Source of the DNA: Eubacteriales bacterium
GTDB taxonomy: Bacteria > Bacillota > Clostridia > Oscillospirales > CAG-272
Assembly: GCA_045658565.1 (NCBI GenBank)
Contig: JAZOVF010000031.1
Coordinates: 64,222-128,221 of the forward strand
Reading direction: 5' to 3'
Length of the DNA stretch: 64,000 nt
Shown: positions 63,466-64,000 of the stretch, piece after piece
Layout: the number at the start of each line of letters is the position of its first letter
How positions within the stretch are numbered: position 1 is the first letter of the stretch
Position numbers and translations under genes: made by a program
The notes under the pieces: model-generated
Told to the model about the DNA's origin: nothing
The model's database searches: none
What the model saw: only the letters and a program-made list of their open reading frames with translations

Positions 63466-64000
63466 AGAAAAAAATAAAAAAACTCTTTAGGTCGGATGCG
63501 GTAAAAATAGCAGTTTCTCTTTCGCTTTTTGCCCTGGGGCTTGTTTTTGGACTGTTTGAGCTTTCGGTTCTTTCGCTTATTCTTTATGTTTTCGCCCTTG
63601 TTGTTTCGGGGGCTGAGGTTTTTGTTGATGCGGTAAAAGGAATTTTACGGCTTGACCCCCTTGACGAGAAGTTTCTTATGTCTGTTGCGTCCATTTGCGC
63701 TATGTTTGTCGGTGAATGGAGCGAGGGTGTCGCTGTAATGATATTTTATCTGATTGGCGAGACCTTTGAACATAGGGCGATAAGAAAGTCGAGGGCATCT
63801 ATCAAATCTCTTATGGACATTTGCCCTGACGAGGCTAACGTAATTGTTGAGGGCAGGGAAGAGACGGTTGATGCCGAGGATGTGGAAATCGGTATGACGG
63901 TTGTAATTCGCCCCGGCGAGCGTGTTCCTGTGGATTGTGTTATTTTGTCGGGAAGTGCGAGCGTTGACACCTCTTCAATGACAGGCGAGCCTGTTCCGAG
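63462..64000 (+). CDS. heavy-metal-translocating P1B-type ATPase (5' part, truncated by the window edge)
   Basis: Open frame from ATG63462 to the end of the window, not in the ORF track because it has no stop. It has TM helices and then an actuator-domain sequence ...VIRPGERVPVDCVILSGSASVDTSSMTGEPVP. Confidence 0.85.
   Translation, partial: MKKKIKKLFRSDAVKIAVSLSLFALGLVFGLFELSVLSLILYVFALVVSGAEVFVDAVKGILRLDPLDEKFLMSVASICAMFVGEWSEGVAVMIFYLIGETFEHRAIRKSRASIKSLMDICPDEANVIVEGREETVDAEDVEIGMTVVIRPGERVPVDCVILSGSASVDTSSMTGEPVP

Overview
This 64-kb chromosomal window is from a low/medium-GC Firmicute. It looks Clostridia-like: it has the sporulation genes ytfI/ytfJ, an ECF transporter, and TTGACA/TATAAT promoters with hairpin+T-run terminators. 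It holds about 60 protein genes, mostly intact housekeeping. On the + strand at 17-28 kb are an AraC regulator, dxs, miaB, a ylbF-like gene, mutS, mutL, tgt and a hydrolase. A long minus-strand operon at 33-41.6 kb carries lon, engB, an M50 protease, scpA, scpB, ytfI, ytfJ, a D-Ala-D-Ala carboxypeptidase, rluB and a small ORF. The rest includes ruvC, a methyltransferase, ecfA1-ecfA2-ecfT-truA-PBP1A, MarR plus two ABC exporter genes, gltX, an orphan histidine kinase, dinB, and an ArsR/HMA/P-type ATPase metal operon cut by the right edge. There are four tRNA genes (Leu-GAG, Arg-CCG, Ser-CGA, Leu-UAG). I saw no CRISPR array, transposase, integrase or phage genes. The points worth a second look are: (1) An orphan PqqD-centred cassette at 5.5-9.1 kb (HprK-like P-loop protein, PqqD, S24/S26 peptidase, nucleotidyltransferase, 4-TM protein). 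It sits next to tRNA-Leu and has no visible precursor or core enzyme. (2) A ~225-nt insert inside that cassette, enclosed by a 27-bp inverted repeat. (3) A family of at least 11 intergenic composite elements: hairpin(s) with compensatory stem changes followed by a conserved GGATGAGGTG or GAGGGATTGC box. They mostly abut stop codons and bracket a compositionally odd DegT-DegT-DUF1961-like operon. (4) A REP/REPIN-like doublet. (5) A tRNA-Arg locus whose promoter and 5' half are duplicated up to the anticodon loop. (6) A ~200-nt structured leader on tRNA-Ser, with a perfect 20-bp hairpin overlapping the tRNA 5' end. (7) Three disrupted or split reading frames: an in-frame TGA in a DUF5058-like gene, manA with a TAA plus a C7-tract frameshift, and an HMA/ATPase junction in an A-run. 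All family assignments come from motif recognition by eye; no database search was run.
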